The notes under the pieces are model-generated. The model made no database searches. It saw nothing but the letters and a program-made list of their open reading frames with translations, and was not told where the DNA came from. A program made the position numbers and the translations under genes. This document shows positions 17,335-27,141 of a stretch of 64,000 nucleotides of DNA, one piece after another; the stretch's first letter is position 1, and every line of letters begins with the position of its first letter. Origin of the DNA: a virus; IMG/VR virus record IMGVR_UViG_3300045988_119396. One strand, given 5' to 3'.

Positions 17335-17881
17335 TTAAATCTTCCTCTTTAACAAATACACCATTAATCATTTTCCCTTTTCGGTCTTTGATTTCGTTGT
17401 ATGCCATTTCCAAAGTTTCTTCCAGGCTAGTGCCATATTCTTTAGCAATGTCATGTAGGCATACCATAGTGCGTTCTACTGAAAGATGTTCAAGTTTTTT
17501 AGTTCTTTTTCTATTGTATGCACTAATAATTCGTGAACTACTGTGAACCAAATGATAAACCAAATTGTTGACATCAAAACTACCTCTATCCTTTGATTCT
17601 TGTGCAAGGTCATCGTATTCAGTCCAGAAGTCACCTTCTTGTTCTACTTGTTTCTTGAGGTCGATACCACGAATTAAACAATAGATGATTAATGTGACTT
17701 GGTAATCTCCTAAGCTATCTTTTACACCAGAGTCGCCATTAATATTATTAGCCATCATGGCAAGCAATAATTCCCCTTGTTCTTCAATTAATTTTGTGTA
17801 TTGAGTACGTGCCTCAACAGTATCTAAATTTCTATCCTTAGCCCATTGTTCCACGTTACCAAGTAATTTTAAGTATTCCAT
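17327..17881 (-). CDS. MazG-like nucleotide pyrophosphohydrolase
   Basis: EEQGELLLAM (EExxE) motif of all-alpha NTP-PPase family. Confidence 0.65.
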   Translation of the reverse strand: MEYLKLLGNVEQWAKDRNLDTVEARTQYTKLIEEQGELLLAMMANNINGDSGVKDSLGDYQVTLIIYCLIRGIDLKKQVEQEGDFWTEYDDLAQESKDRGSFDVNNLVYHLVHSSSRIISAYNRKRTKKLEHLSVERTMVCLHDIAKEYGTSLEETLEMAYNEIKDRKGKMINGVFVKEEDLNE

Positions 17882-17884
17882 TGT

Positions 17885-18289
17885 CTACACCTCTAAAATG
17901 ATTTCTTCTGTTTCTTGTTCAGCCTTAATAATAAGCTTATTCTTACCTCTTAATTCATCAACAAAATCTCTAAACTCATCTACTGAATTAAATTCCAACA
18001 GTTTATTGTTGTCTAAGACAACCGTTGGAGCATCAATCATATCACTACGTGTCTTTAATTCAGTTACGTATGTTACAGGTACAGAACCTTTGATTTTTAC
18101 ACGTAAAGCAAAAGCTCTCACATTATCGTTTTGTTTGTCTGTAAACATCGCATGAATTGATTTGATTACATCGCCCCTAACACCATAAGATGAAGGGTTA
18201 TAACCATATTCAGCTGCAATGTCTAAGACTTGGTTGTACCTGTCTAATAATTCCTTACGTACTTCTAACTTAAATGATGTCATTGTCAT
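17885..18289 (-). CDS. hypothetical protein
   Basis: Track ORF. Confidence 0.5.
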   Translation of the reverse strand: MTMTSFKLEVRKELLDRYNQVLDIAAEYGYNPSSYGVRGDVIKSIHAMFTDKQNDNVRAFALRVKIKGSVPVTYVTELKTRSDMIDAPTVVLDNNKLLEFNSVDEFRDFVDELRGKNKLIIKAEQETEEIILEV

Positions 18290-18968
18290 TTACCTCGTTT
18301 TCATCTGCCCAGATTACATTCAATTCTTGTGCAAATTCATCTGTCTTAGGAAGTTCAATTACTTCTGAAAACCTCAAATAATCAGATGTATTGTTGCGAA
18401 TGAAGTAAGCATGAGTAGCCTTACGAGTTAAACTATCACATTGAATAGCAACACCGTTCATACCACGAATAGCCATATTAAAGATTAAGAATGGCATTGC
18501 TCGGTCTGATAGTTCTTCTACTTGATACCAGTAAGCACGAGGGTTATAAGTCATAACTGGTGATGTAAGTAATTGTACAAGTGATTGACGACTTGCTACT
18601 GGTTTATATGTTCTATCTTTTTGCCATTTAGCAATTAAGATACTACCCGTACCAGCAGCTGGTTCATAGTAAATGTTGTCACTCTTGTCTTCTCCGCTAA
18701 CCAGTGCATTGAGTAAGTTAGCAACGGAGTCTGGAGTAAAATCTTGTTTCTTAGATTTACGTTCTGCTTGTTCCTTTTGGAAATACTCTCTGAACCAATC
18801 ACGACTTACATCTGTTTCTACATTCAAGAAACGCTTAAACATCTCTTCACGTTCCTTATCATCTAACATGACGTTCATCACCTTTTGTGGTGTTTTATAT
18901 GCGTCATTTACCCCTAATAATTCATTAATTTCTTTTACACTAAACTCTTTCATGTTTAGCACCTCCAA
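18270..18968 (-). CDS. HsdM/N6-MTase-like protein (motif I EPAAGTGSIL; no clear NPPY/DPPY)
   Basis: Motif I-like only; possibly a degenerate or non-catalytic MTase homolog. Confidence 0.3.
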   Translation of the reverse strand: MEVLNMKEFSVKEINELLGVNDAYKTPQKVMNVMLDDKEREEMFKRFLNVETDVSRDWFREYFQKEQAERKSKKQDFTPDSVANLLNALVSGEDKSDNIYYEPAAGTGSILIAKWQKDRTYKPVASRQSLVQLLTSPVMTYNPRAYWYQVEELSDRAMPFLIFNMAIRGMNGVAIQCDSLTRKATHAYFIRNNTSDYLRFSEVIELPKTDEFAQELNVIWADENEVNDNDII

Positions 18969-19181
18969 GTTTTGTTAAAAAATTCTCGGCACGTATTTAA
19001 CGGTAGTGCCTATGTCCCATCACGCTCTCAAAAACGTGTGAACTCTCAAATCATGGTTATGGGACGGTGTGTTTTTAAGTGACGTAACTTTTAAAACCAT
19101 GCCTTGTTTTATTAGTTTTCGCAAAGAACAGCTAACTTTGCAACGACCTATCAATCTTTTACAATTAATAGACCCAGTGCG

Positions 19182-19694
19182 TTATTGTAAGGCTAACGCA
19201 GAACCATGCCCAAAACGTGCCACAACAGCACTACATAATGCCAAGAACAAATCATCAGCAAATGTATTTACTTTACCATCTTCATTATCAAGTTTCTTAG
19301 CCAACCCTAGCTTAACCTTATCACCTAAACCAAAGTTAGAACTTGAGATAGTACCGTATAGTTGTGTAATGTTAAACGCTAAGGCTTCATCAACACCAAA
19401 CATACCTAAGTCATTTGCAATGATAGTATGTAACACTGGAGTTAATTTGTTTTCTGCTGCTAGGTTATCTAGCTCAAACCCAATAGCTAAGATATTAAGC
19501 ACTTCACGTTTCTTTAACACGTTCTTTAATTCACTACCAAATTGTTCTACTGTAACATCTGGATAGTACTCATGCTGCAATTCGTAGGCTACTTTACCTA
19601 CTTCGATTTCATTAATGCCACGCTTGTCTAGCTCTTGCATAACAAAATCATGCAATCCTTTATCTGGGTACTTTACCCCTTTTGTTGCTACCAA
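19182..19694 (-). CDS. hypothetical protein
   Basis: Track ORF; RBS GGAGGTGAAAA. Confidence 0.5.
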   Translation of the reverse strand: MVATKGVKYPDKGLHDFVMQELDKRGINEIEVGKVAYELQHEYYPDVTVEQFGSELKNVLKKREVLNILAIGFELDNLAAENKLTPVLHTIIANDLGMFGVDEALAFNITQLYGTISSSNFGLGDKVKLGLAKKLDNEDGKVNTFADDLFLALCSAVVARFGHGSALALQ

Positions 19695-19825
19695 ATTTTC
19701 ACCTCCATTTATTCTCTAAACTTTTAATTACATTTATTATAATATCACACCAAAATAAAAAGTCAATACATATTCACAAAAAATGAACATGTTTTGACTT
19801 TCTTCTAATTATTTAATTAATAGGT

Positions 19826-20047
19826 TTATTCCATGTCATCCATTATCCAATCGTCTACTGTATAGCCAGAATGTTTCAAAGCCTCTATACAAGTATATGG
19901 ATTGGTATTTTTAATCGTTACTGATTGTTCAATACAATATTCGTCTAATCTATCCATTGGGACAATATCCCCACTTACAGAGTAGTAGAGAATGTCTTCA
20001 CTTAGGTCTTCACCAAAATAGTCTAGCCCCAAAAAATCACTTGGCAT
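19826..20047 (-). CDS. hypothetical acidic protein
   Basis: Track ORF. Confidence 0.45.
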   Translation of the reverse strand: MPSDFLGLDYFGEDLSEDILYYSVSGDIVPMDRLDEYCIEQSVTIKNTNPYTCIEALKHSGYTVDDWIMDDME

Positions 20048-20165
20048 ATCTGTAAATAAATGTTCTATCTCTTCATCTTGTATTGAACATAGGTAGTTTG
20101 TATCATCAAAATCTACAAAGTTATCTATGCAATCATCTTCCTTATTCTGTAATGTTATGGTATAC

Positions 20166-20271
20166 TAAAAACATTAGAGGGAACAAATTACCGCCCTTTA
20201 ATTCTTAATTTTTATTTTTTGTTAAAAATTCTTTTTAAAGGACAGGAAGTTTACCCGACTTCCTGTTTTTT
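20166..20271 (+). ncRNA. candidate ~100-nt small RNA, opposite in orientation to flanking genes
   Basis: Plus-strand extended -10 TGGTATACT at 20157-20165; plus-strand terminator ACAGGAAGT..ACTTCCTGT+T6 at 20242-20271. Confidence 0.25.
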
Positions 20272-20298
20272 GTTTACCATAATTCCTTGATTTTTGTA

Positions 20299-20583
20299 TT
20301 ATAAAACTAAGTTTTTATTAAGCTCGTTTTGTTGTTCATTATACAATTCGATGAAATCTTCTAAGTTATTCATATACTTATAAACCTTATCATCAGAAAC
20401 CATGTTGTCTGGTATAGCTGTGGAATCTGATACAAACTCACTATACTTGATTTGTGGTTCTTTCTTTAATCTCACTTTTGTTTCATATAAATCAGCCACA
20501 TCATTGCTAACATAATGATAAACGTATGTATTATTAGCTTGTGGTGAGTATGCTAAGATGTGTGTGTATTTAATATTAATCAT
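20299..20583 (-). CDS. hypothetical protein
   Basis: Track ORF. Confidence 0.5.
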   Translation of the reverse strand: MINIKYTHILAYSPQANNTYVYHYVSNDVADLYETKVRLKKEPQIKYSEFVSDSTAIPDNMVSDDKVYKYMNNLEDFIELYNEQQNELNKNLVL

Positions 20584-20595
20584 TCCTTCCCGTTA

Positions 20596-20961
20596 TTACC
20601 ATTCAAAACGGTAGTAATCTATTTGCATTGATATACCATTACTACTCTTAATTTCACGAAAACGTATTTTATTGCGTTTACAAATTCCCTTTAGTTCTTC
20701 AACAACCTCGTAGCGATTAAAGACGTTGTTATTATCCATAATATCTCCAAAACTTTCAAAAGAATACTCTATGAAAAAATATCCGTCATTAGCCCGTTTA
20801 GCGAAATCTTGGCTCATAACACTAAATACATTCTGTGCCAATGCTTTAGTTTCTTCAGTTTCTTCATTTAACTTATCACGTATTTTGTTCTGGTTCTCTC
20901 GTGCTGTTCTTTTTAATTTATCGCCCAATTTCTTGTTGCGTTTACCAAAAAGCCACATCAA
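20596..20961 (-). CDS. hypothetical protein
   Basis: Track ORF. Confidence 0.5.
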   Translation of the reverse strand: MMWLFGKRNKKLGDKLKRTARENQNKIRDKLNEETEETKALAQNVFSVMSQDFAKRANDGYFFIEYSFESFGDIMDNNNVFNRYEVVEELKGICKRNKIRFREIKSSNGISMQIDYYRFEW

Positions 20962-20964
20962 TTA

Positions 20965-21540
20965 TCACCCCACCAATTTACCCCAAGTGAAGCTAAAAAT
21001 CTTTCCGCCACCATATTGGTTTGCTGTTTCTAGCTCCATATTATTGCGTTCGCATATTTCTTTAAAGAACATTTCAAGATATGGTGACTTGTTAATGTGT
21101 ATGCCATTTTCTTTTACAATCTCATTCATTTCATCAATATCTAAAGTACAAGAAAAATTACCTTCCTTTGCGCGCTTTACCATTTCTACCTTTAGCATAT
21201 CGAATATTCTTTCAATGTCTTTACGTGCTTTATCCATCATTTTATCAAAGCTGTCATTCTTTTCTTTTTGGTTTTCTTTTGATATTTCTCTTAGCTTATC
21301 GCCCAATGTTACCTTATCCTCATTCCGATTTTCCAATTTACGCACCACCATTCGTATCTCCCAGTCTTTCACAAAATCATACTTACTTGTATCATACTCA
21401 TTTCCATTGACATCTACGTACGTCTTAGGTTGTGGTTTAGGAGCAGGAGCTGGTCCTTTTCCTCGTTCTGGTAAGACACCTTTATTACCACCAAAGCTAT
21501 TATTACCACAAACATGCTTTTGTTCTTTCTTAAACCACAT
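20965..21540 (-). CDS. hypothetical protein (Pro-rich linker, charged coiled region)
   Basis: Track ORF. Confidence 0.5.
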   Translation of the reverse strand: MWFKKEQKHVCGNNSFGGNKGVLPERGKGPAPAPKPQPKTYVDVNGNEYDTSKYDFVKDWEIRMVVRKLENRNEDKVTLGDKLREISKENQKEKNDSFDKMMDKARKDIERIFDMLKVEMVKRAKEGNFSCTLDIDEMNEIVKENGIHINKSPYLEMFFKEICERNNMELETANQYGGGKIFSFTWGKLVG

Positions 21541-21821
21541 TATTCATCACCTAACTTAAATTCTCTATTCACGACATGCTTGTAAGCGTCAAAATACAAC
21601 TCATTCTTATCTCCATTATAAGTAATCTCGTAATACATACCATCTGTAATTGTGGTAGAGAGTAGTGCTTTATTGTTTTGCAGCGTTCTATTCAACCAAA
21701 CTACATACACATCATCTACGGTAATATTCACTGGTGGGTTAATACTGTTCAAGTTCATGTGTGTATTAGTATAATCAACTACTTTTCCCTTACATAATTC
21801 TGCAAATTCTTTATTATCCAT
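21540..21821 (-). CDS. hypothetical protein
   Basis: Track ORF. Confidence 0.5.
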   Translation of the reverse strand: MDNKEFAELCKGKVVDYTNTHMNLNSINPPVNITVDDVYVVWLNRTLQNNKALLSTTITDGMYYEITYNGDKNELYFDAYKHVVNREFKLGDE

Positions 21822-21822
21822 C

Positions 21823-22161
21823 TTATTTTCTCCATTTCACTTCAATGTATGTTGTTCCATCTAACTTATACATATTGGCTAAGTATAGATTATTATGATT
21901 TTCGATAGCTTCTTTTAACTTGGTAAGCACTGATAATTCAAGTGTTGGTCGGTTCAACTCATCAAAACCCGCATATATATTGTCATAGAACAATGTGTTA
22001 TCTCTGACAACCTTCTCAACGAACTTATCAGATACTGTAACATACGCTTCTTTGTCTTCTGGCTTAATATCGTAATTTTTTAGACCTTCTATACTTTTAT
22101 CTATTGTGCGTATGATGTCATATACAAGTCCATCAACTGTTTTATTGTATTTACGTTCCAT
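21823..22161 (-). CDS. hypothetical protein
   Basis: Track ORF. Confidence 0.5.
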   Translation of the reverse strand: MERKYNKTVDGLVYDIIRTIDKSIEGLKNYDIKPEDKEAYVTVSDKFVEKVVRDNTLFYDNIYAGFDELNRPTLELSVLTKLKEAIENHNNLYLANMYKLDGTTYIEVKWRK

Positions 22162-22162
22162 A

Positions 22163-22573
22163 TCACTTTTCTCCCAATACGTCTTTCATATCTTCTTCCA
22201 TTTGATTGGTAATTTTTTCTAATCTATCCGTCATATTTTCAACGGACTTACTTGCTGTATCGACACGTAATGCAAGCAACTTAAATACTCTCCATGCCCA
22301 AATCATGTTATCAATAAGATACATAACCAACTTGATTACTAATAACATTACGACATAAGTCACAAACAAACCTAATGTACGCCATGAAATTACATTATCT
22401 AAGATAAACCATGAATAGTTATTTAAAATCAAATACGAGTTAATTATTATGAAGATAAGTACACTCAACCAACTGAATAATTTGGGGTGTTTTTCTTCAA
22501 ATGTATATAATTCACGTTTACCTTCATCTACAAAATCAAACATTATTTGTCCTCCTACTTTCTCTTTTCCCAC
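22163..22573 (-). CDS. membrane protein (3 TM)
   Basis: Track ORF; hydrophobic segments. Confidence 0.5.
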   Translation of the reverse strand: MGKEKVGGQIMFDFVDEGKRELYTFEEKHPKLFSWLSVLIFIIINSYLILNNYSWFILDNVISWRTLGLFVTYVVMLLVIKLVMYLIDNMIWAWRVFKLLALRVDTASKSVENMTDRLEKITNQMEEDMKDVLGEK

Positions 22574-23010
22574 ACTAATTTAGCTTGCTTAACCAATTCT
22601 TCGTCTTTCAATTTTTTATTAGACCGTACGTAGTCGGAATAATTGTAATAACTTGGATGTATGCATTCATCTAATGCTGAAATGAAACCGTCATAGACTT
22701 CGTTATCATAGACATAAGTTTCTTTACTAAATAACTTGTCAAATCTAAACGACACCGTTGCAACCAAAGCAAATACAAAACACGAAAGCAAATAATACAA
22801 AAAGTAGCATGGAATAATAACAGCCGAACAATACCAGTTAATAGTTTCTCTTCGCATTATGGGATATTCGTACTCAACATCACCATAAAACATATTGTAA
22901 TTATTTGAGTGATATCTGGTTGAAACGTATATCTTTTCTTTTAGGAAAATTCCATGTCGTTTAGTCATGACATATAAGTGCTTATCATTATCATGAATAA
23001 CACTTTTCAT
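22555..23010 (-). CDS. membrane protein
   Basis: Track ORF; TM segments. Confidence 0.5.
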   Translation of the reverse strand: MKSVIHDNDKHLYVMTKRHGIFLKEKIYVSTRYHSNNYNMFYGDVEYEYPIMRRETINWYCSAVIIPCYFLYYLLSCFVFALVATVSFRFDKLFSKETYVYDNEVYDGFISALDECIHPSYYNYSDYVRSNKKLKDEELVKQAKLVWEKRK

Positions 23011-23495
23011 TACTCTACCTTCCTTTCAACAGTTGTAATTGTGTCATTATGCCAGCTACCATGAGCCACCAATAGTATTTCCTGTATCTCAAAACCATAC
23101 TTCTTACCAATTCCACCACTATTCCAAGCACAACTAATAACATAGCCACCTTGCTTTACAATACGTGCAATCTCACGTTTTTGCTTAGTCCAATAGCTGT
23201 TTTGTGTGGTTTCCATGTTTACACTCATATCAAGTTTCCTATATGACTCACTCACTTGTCGTTGAGAATATGGCGGGTCGTATAATACTAAATCAACTGA
23301 ATTGTCTTCGATTTGTTTGAGAAAATCTAATGCGTCTAAATGATAGTCTGTATCATATTGTGGGTCTAAATCATTTGTGATAGTCGCTAATTTATTAGCG
23401 TTTGCGAAAGGGTCAACCACAAGCATATCTTCCTTTAAATACCTGTGAATTAACTCATTGATAGGTTTAATATTGAATGTATTCTTGTTAGGCAT
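23010..23495 (-). CDS. DNA methyltransferase (DPPY motif)
   Basis: LVLYDPPYSQ catalytic motif IV; VVDPFANANK weak motif I. Confidence 0.6.
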   Translation of the reverse strand: MPNKNTFNIKPINELIHRYLKEDMLVVDPFANANKLATITNDLDPQYDTDYHLDALDFLKQIEDNSVDLVLYDPPYSQRQVSESYRKLDMSVNMETTQNSYWTKQKREIARIVKQGGYVISCAWNSGGIGKKYGFEIQEILLVAHGSWHNDTITTVERKVE

Positions 23496-23532
23496 AGCCC
23501 ATTTTCTATTTATTTCCAGTTAATCAGCTCCC

Positions 23533-23805
23533 TTATTCATCTTTGAAAATGTAATACAATCCGAGTAAGACTATGCCGAATGCTATTATTCCCAATACTC
23601 CTAAAAGTATTATACCAATACGGAGTAACAACAATGACATCGCTACGATATAATCATTTTCTGATGTGGTTAATATCACAGCTGTTACCAACATTAATAG
23701 TTGTATTATCAGGCATGGTATTCCTATGAATACTGCTATGGGGTCTTTGTTAGCCATCTGTCTTATAGTAGCTTTAACCTTATTCGTCTGTATCTTCATC
23801 TTCAT
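23533..23805 (-). CDS. small membrane protein
   Basis: Track ORF; 2 TM. Confidence 0.45.
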   Translation of the reverse strand: MKMKIQTNKVKATIRQMANKDPIAVFIGIPCLIIQLLMLVTAVILTTSENDYIVAMSLLLLRIGIILLGVLGIIAFGIVLLGLYYIFKDE

Positions 23806-24106
23806 AATCTATATCTTCGTAGAAGTATTCATCTTTGTATCTGTAGTGATTATATATTTTTAGCCAGATTGTATAGATTATTGATAGCACTACACCGAAC
23901 AAAAATATAGCTATGAATGCACCGCCAATACCCATGACACCCATAATATTTTTAACGAAGCCTACTTTAAGTACTTCTACAGCAAGCGAAACTAAAAAGG
24001 ATAATATCGAAAACGGCATGACTATAAAAACAGTGAACACTGCTAAACATACAGTTATGCGTTCAAGGCTAAATGCCTCACGAATGAAACTCTTTATCTT
24101 ACTCAT
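23780..24106 (-). CDS. small membrane protein with acidic C-tail
   Basis: Track ORF; 2 TM. Confidence 0.45.
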   Translation of the reverse strand: MSKIKSFIREAFSLERITVCLAVFTVFIVMPFSILSFLVSLAVEVLKVGFVKNIMGVMGIGGAFIAIFLFGVVLSIIYTIWLKIYNHYRYKDEYFYEDIDYEDEDTDE

Positions 24107-24120
24107 CTACTCACCCCCTA

Positions 24121-24399
24121 TTAAATATCGAATAACTTAGCTATGATTGTTCCAATTAAGGCAGCGATAATAATAACAATGCTGCATGCCAACAGTGTTA
24201 ATAGCGCTTCAACAATTCCAACCTGTATTGTAACGTATACAAAGAGACAAATATCGACCAATAACACAATAACCATTAGCCCTATCAACGTATTCAAAAC
24301 TATATCTAATACAATGTCCAACAAACTACTCAACCTTTCTAATATATTCAGCCACCACCTTTGCATTGATTTCTTCAATACGTTTTGTGGCAGTATCAA
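24121..24399 (-). CDS. small membrane protein
   Basis: Track ORF; 2-3 TM. Confidence 0.45.
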   Translation of the reverse strand: MILPQNVLKKSMQRWWLNILERLSSLLDIVLDIVLNTLIGLMVIVLLVDICLFVYVTIQVGIVEALLTLLACSIVIIIAALIGTIIAKLFDI

Positions 24400-25046
24400 A
24401 GTAATGTTTATCTAATTCAATACCAATAAAGTTTCTATCAAGTTCTAATGCTGCAACTCCTGTTGAGCCACTACCCATGAAACAATCGAGAACTATATCG
24501 TGTGGATTGGACAATTTTTCAATTATCCATTTCATTGCGTCCAATGGTTTCTGTGTGGGATGACTACCGAATTTCTTTTCACTCTTAGGTGTTACATTAA
24601 CTCTTACTTCTGGACGTTCGTACTTCTCATCAATTCTATTAAAAGTCCATTTTTTCTTTCTTTTTAACAGCCCAAATTGCAAACTCATAATCTACAACAA
24701 ATCTTCTATCTCGATTACGAGGCATAGGATTATTTTTAATCATTCGTATAATGTCTTTTGACACACAACCGTTTTCTTCTAGTGCATTAGAAATCTCACC
24801 TAGATTTCTCCACGCATTAAATACTACAATGTTTCCACCATTGCGTACTTTATTTGTTGCTTGTCCTATCCATGAGGTTAAATCGAATTCTCTGTCCCAA
24901 TTTCCAAAATCAACCCCTTGCCGATTAGCACTTTTCATGGTTGAAAAATTATTACTTTGTGAAATATTATATGGTGGGTCAGTCAACAACAAATCAACAC
25001 TACCATCTTGAACTTCGTTTAATTTATCTAGGCAATCACCTTGCAA
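24326..25046 (-). pseudogene. beta-class N4/N6 DNA methyltransferase split by a -1/+1 frameshift in an A-rich run (~24660-24690)
   Basis: N-part has LLLTDPPYN (motif IV), C-part has LDCFMGSGSTGVAA (motif I) and PTQKP; ORFs 24639..25046 and 24326..24688 overlap at AAAAAGAAAGAAAAAA. Confidence 0.6.
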
Positions 25047-25069
25047 TAATTTATAATCTGCTATCTTCC

Positions 25070-25489
25070 CTAAATCCCACCTTGTTGTTTATTTGTGCTA
25101 TTATTTGTTACGCTGCTATTATCAAAGAACTTAGCTTTAATCAAGAACATATAGTAATATATCCTAATTGTTAATCTACCCCAGAGTGTTCTATTCTTAC
25201 GTCTGAAATACAAACATTGGAATACAATCTCATCTAGGTCATGGTTCTTTAACAATACATTCATACCATTAATAGCTTGTTGATTTGTTTTGATATTTAA
25301 ATCTTCTTGTTTAACCAATACAGTTAGACTGTAAGCTACTTCGCCTTCTGGCTGTTCTTTTAACCAATCCATTAGTTTGTAGATTGATTTGTTATCTTCT
25401 GGTGTAATATCTTCATAATCACCATGAAAGAATGCACGCAATCGGACATCACCCCGCATACACAACTTGCAAACCATCATCTCTAACAT
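25070..25489 (-). CDS. hypothetical protein
   Basis: Track ORF. Confidence 0.5.
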   Translation of the reverse strand: MLEMMVCKLCMRGDVRLRAFFHGDYEDITPEDNKSIYKLMDWLKEQPEGEVAYSLTVLVKQEDLNIKTNQQAINGMNVLLKNHDLDEIVFQCLYFRRKNRTLWGRLTIRIYYYMFLIKAKFFDNSSVTNNSTNKQQGGI

Positions 25490-26075
25490 TAATTAAAAAA
25501 TCACTTTCGTATTCTTTAATATATTTATAGATTGGATGTTTTGAAATTTCTTTTTCTAATTTTTCTAGTTTTACATACCACTTATCTTCTTCTAATAACT
25601 CAACACGTATTCCAAAATATTTATAAGGAATTACAGCAATCGCTTTCCCTTTTTCTCTTGCGCTATATAGGAGGTCGGCTCTCATTCTAGTTAAGGTAGC
25701 GAAATTATCCCAATTTTCTTTGGTTATCTTAAACATTTTACTTGCAGCAGTGCCAAAATTATCGCATTCTCTCCACGAGATAGTAATATTAAAATCACCA
25801 TTCGAGAAAGTATATGCCTGTTCTAAAACGTCAAAATCTTCATCATCACATAAGATTGAAATAAGCTTTCTGTAGTAATTCATACAAAAACTTTCAGACA
25901 TATTACCAATAGCTCGTTTACATAAATCAGCGTAATTAACCTCGATTTCCAATAATCCTATTTTTGCTGCAGCTTCAATTTGCTTCAATACCGCTCCTGT
26001 TATTTTATTAATAACATCTTCTTTCTTTTTCTCTGCAATTCTTTCATCAAACATATCTGTTCTAAAAATACTCAT
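25449..26075 (-). CDS. hypothetical protein
   Basis: Track ORF. Confidence 0.5.
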   Translation of the reverse strand: MSIFRTDMFDERIAEKKKEDVINKITGAVLKQIEAAAKIGLLEIEVNYADLCKRAIGNMSESFCMNYYRKLISILCDDEDFDVLEQAYTFSNGDFNITISWRECDNFGTAASKMFKITKENWDNFATLTRMRADLLYSAREKGKAIAVIPYKYFGIRVELLEEDKWYVKLEKLEKEISKHPIYKYIKEYESDFLINVRDDGLQVVYAG

Positions 26076-26086
26076 TATAGTACCTC

Positions 26087-26623
26087 CTATTCGTATTTAA
26101 ATATAATCTCACTTCTATCATCATTCAGATAAGCATATATGTTGTGAAGTCTGAGATGCTTGAGTGCCTCTGGTGCCATTAATCTCATGTACTCTGTGAT
26201 ATCTCTTTTCACGACAATGTCATATACTTTCTTGCCATGTTCAAGGTTCTTAGATTTCTTTATCATCTCATCTATGACCCCCGTGACTTTCTTTGCATTA
26301 TCTCGATTATCTTCTGCAATTCTAATAGCCTTATGTGCTGGCAATAGATTAAACCAAAGCTCCAACTTTTTAATTTCTTTTTCGTATACAGGTGGTAAAT
26401 CTATCCACACTGCGTCAAAGCGTACTGTTATTTTTACAGTAGGTTCTGTTTCTCCAGCACTAGCCCCAACGTCATATCCTAGATGTAATAACATGTTGTA
26501 GATGTCATCAAAATAAGTCTTTGGAATAATAAAGTCGGTTTCATAAAGCCCCATATAAGCAGTGTCAGAAATCTCATTACTAATATTATTAAGTACCGAT
26601 AATTCAATATTTTCTAAGCTCAT
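26087..26623 (-). CDS. hypothetical protein, member of 3-gene tandem paralog family
   Basis: Shares N-terminal ...NI.L..L..I and GY motif and overall length with next two ORFs. Confidence 0.55.
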   Translation of the reverse strand: MSLENIELSVLNNISNEISDTAYMGLYETDFIIPKTYFDDIYNMLLHLGYDVGASAGETEPTVKITVRFDAVWIDLPPVYEKEIKKLELWFNLLPAHKAIRIAEDNRDNAKKVTGVIDEMIKKSKNLEHGKKVYDIVVKRDITEYMRLMAPEALKHLRLHNIYAYLNDDRSEIIFKYE

Positions 26624-27141
26624 ATTTCCACCTCTTTAACTTCAAAAACAACAATATTTCCATCATCAATGGTATGAACATGAATGTCATAGTAAACTTC
26701 AAGCCACCACAATTCCGTCCCACCCATAATGGAACTCACATCATTTAATCTTTTTTTTAATACTTCACCCTTTTTGCGAGCCTCATAGGTTTTGCTAACA
26801 ATGGTTTCAAGCATTTCAAATACAAATTCGTTAGACTTTGCACGTGCCCATGCGTCTTCTGCAGTTGTTACATCAATGGCACAATCTAACTCACACTCAT
26901 CATGTTTTTTGGTAGGCTTACCATATTCAACGCTTAAATATTTTGTACCACGTGGATATGTGAGGTTGGAAATTATCACTGTATAACCTAAGTATTCTAA
27001 GATTTCAACGATTCGATTTACATACTTATCTTCTACAGTTTTGTCTAAATAATATAAACCAATTCCAGAGTTACTATAAATTGCGTCATCAATCTCAGTC
27101 AATAATGCTAATGGAATATTATCTGTGTTAACTTTATTCAT
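26620..27141 (-). CDS. hypothetical protein, paralog 2
   Basis: DNIPL..L.E; LE.LGY; TELWWLE.YY.IHVH..DDG..VVFE.K conserved with 27142..27660. Confidence 0.55.
   Translation of the reverse strand: MNKVNTDNIPLALLTEIDDAIYSNSGIGLYYLDKTVEDKYVNRIVEILEYLGYTVIISNLTYPRGTKYLSVEYGKPTKKHDECELDCAIDVTTAEDAWARAKSNEFVFEMLETIVSKTYEARKKGEVLKKRLNDVSSIMGGTELWWLEVYYDIHVHTIDDGNIVVFEVKEVEI

Noticed and set aside
19069-19566. 165-aa plus-strand ORF
   Set aside because: Antisense to 19182..19694, which has a proper RBS and sits in the leftward operon.
20726-21559. 277-aa plus-strand ORF
   Set aside because: Fully antisense to two well-supported minus-strand genes (20596-20961, 20965-21540). Composition is Leu/Ser/Phe-rich and it has no RBS.
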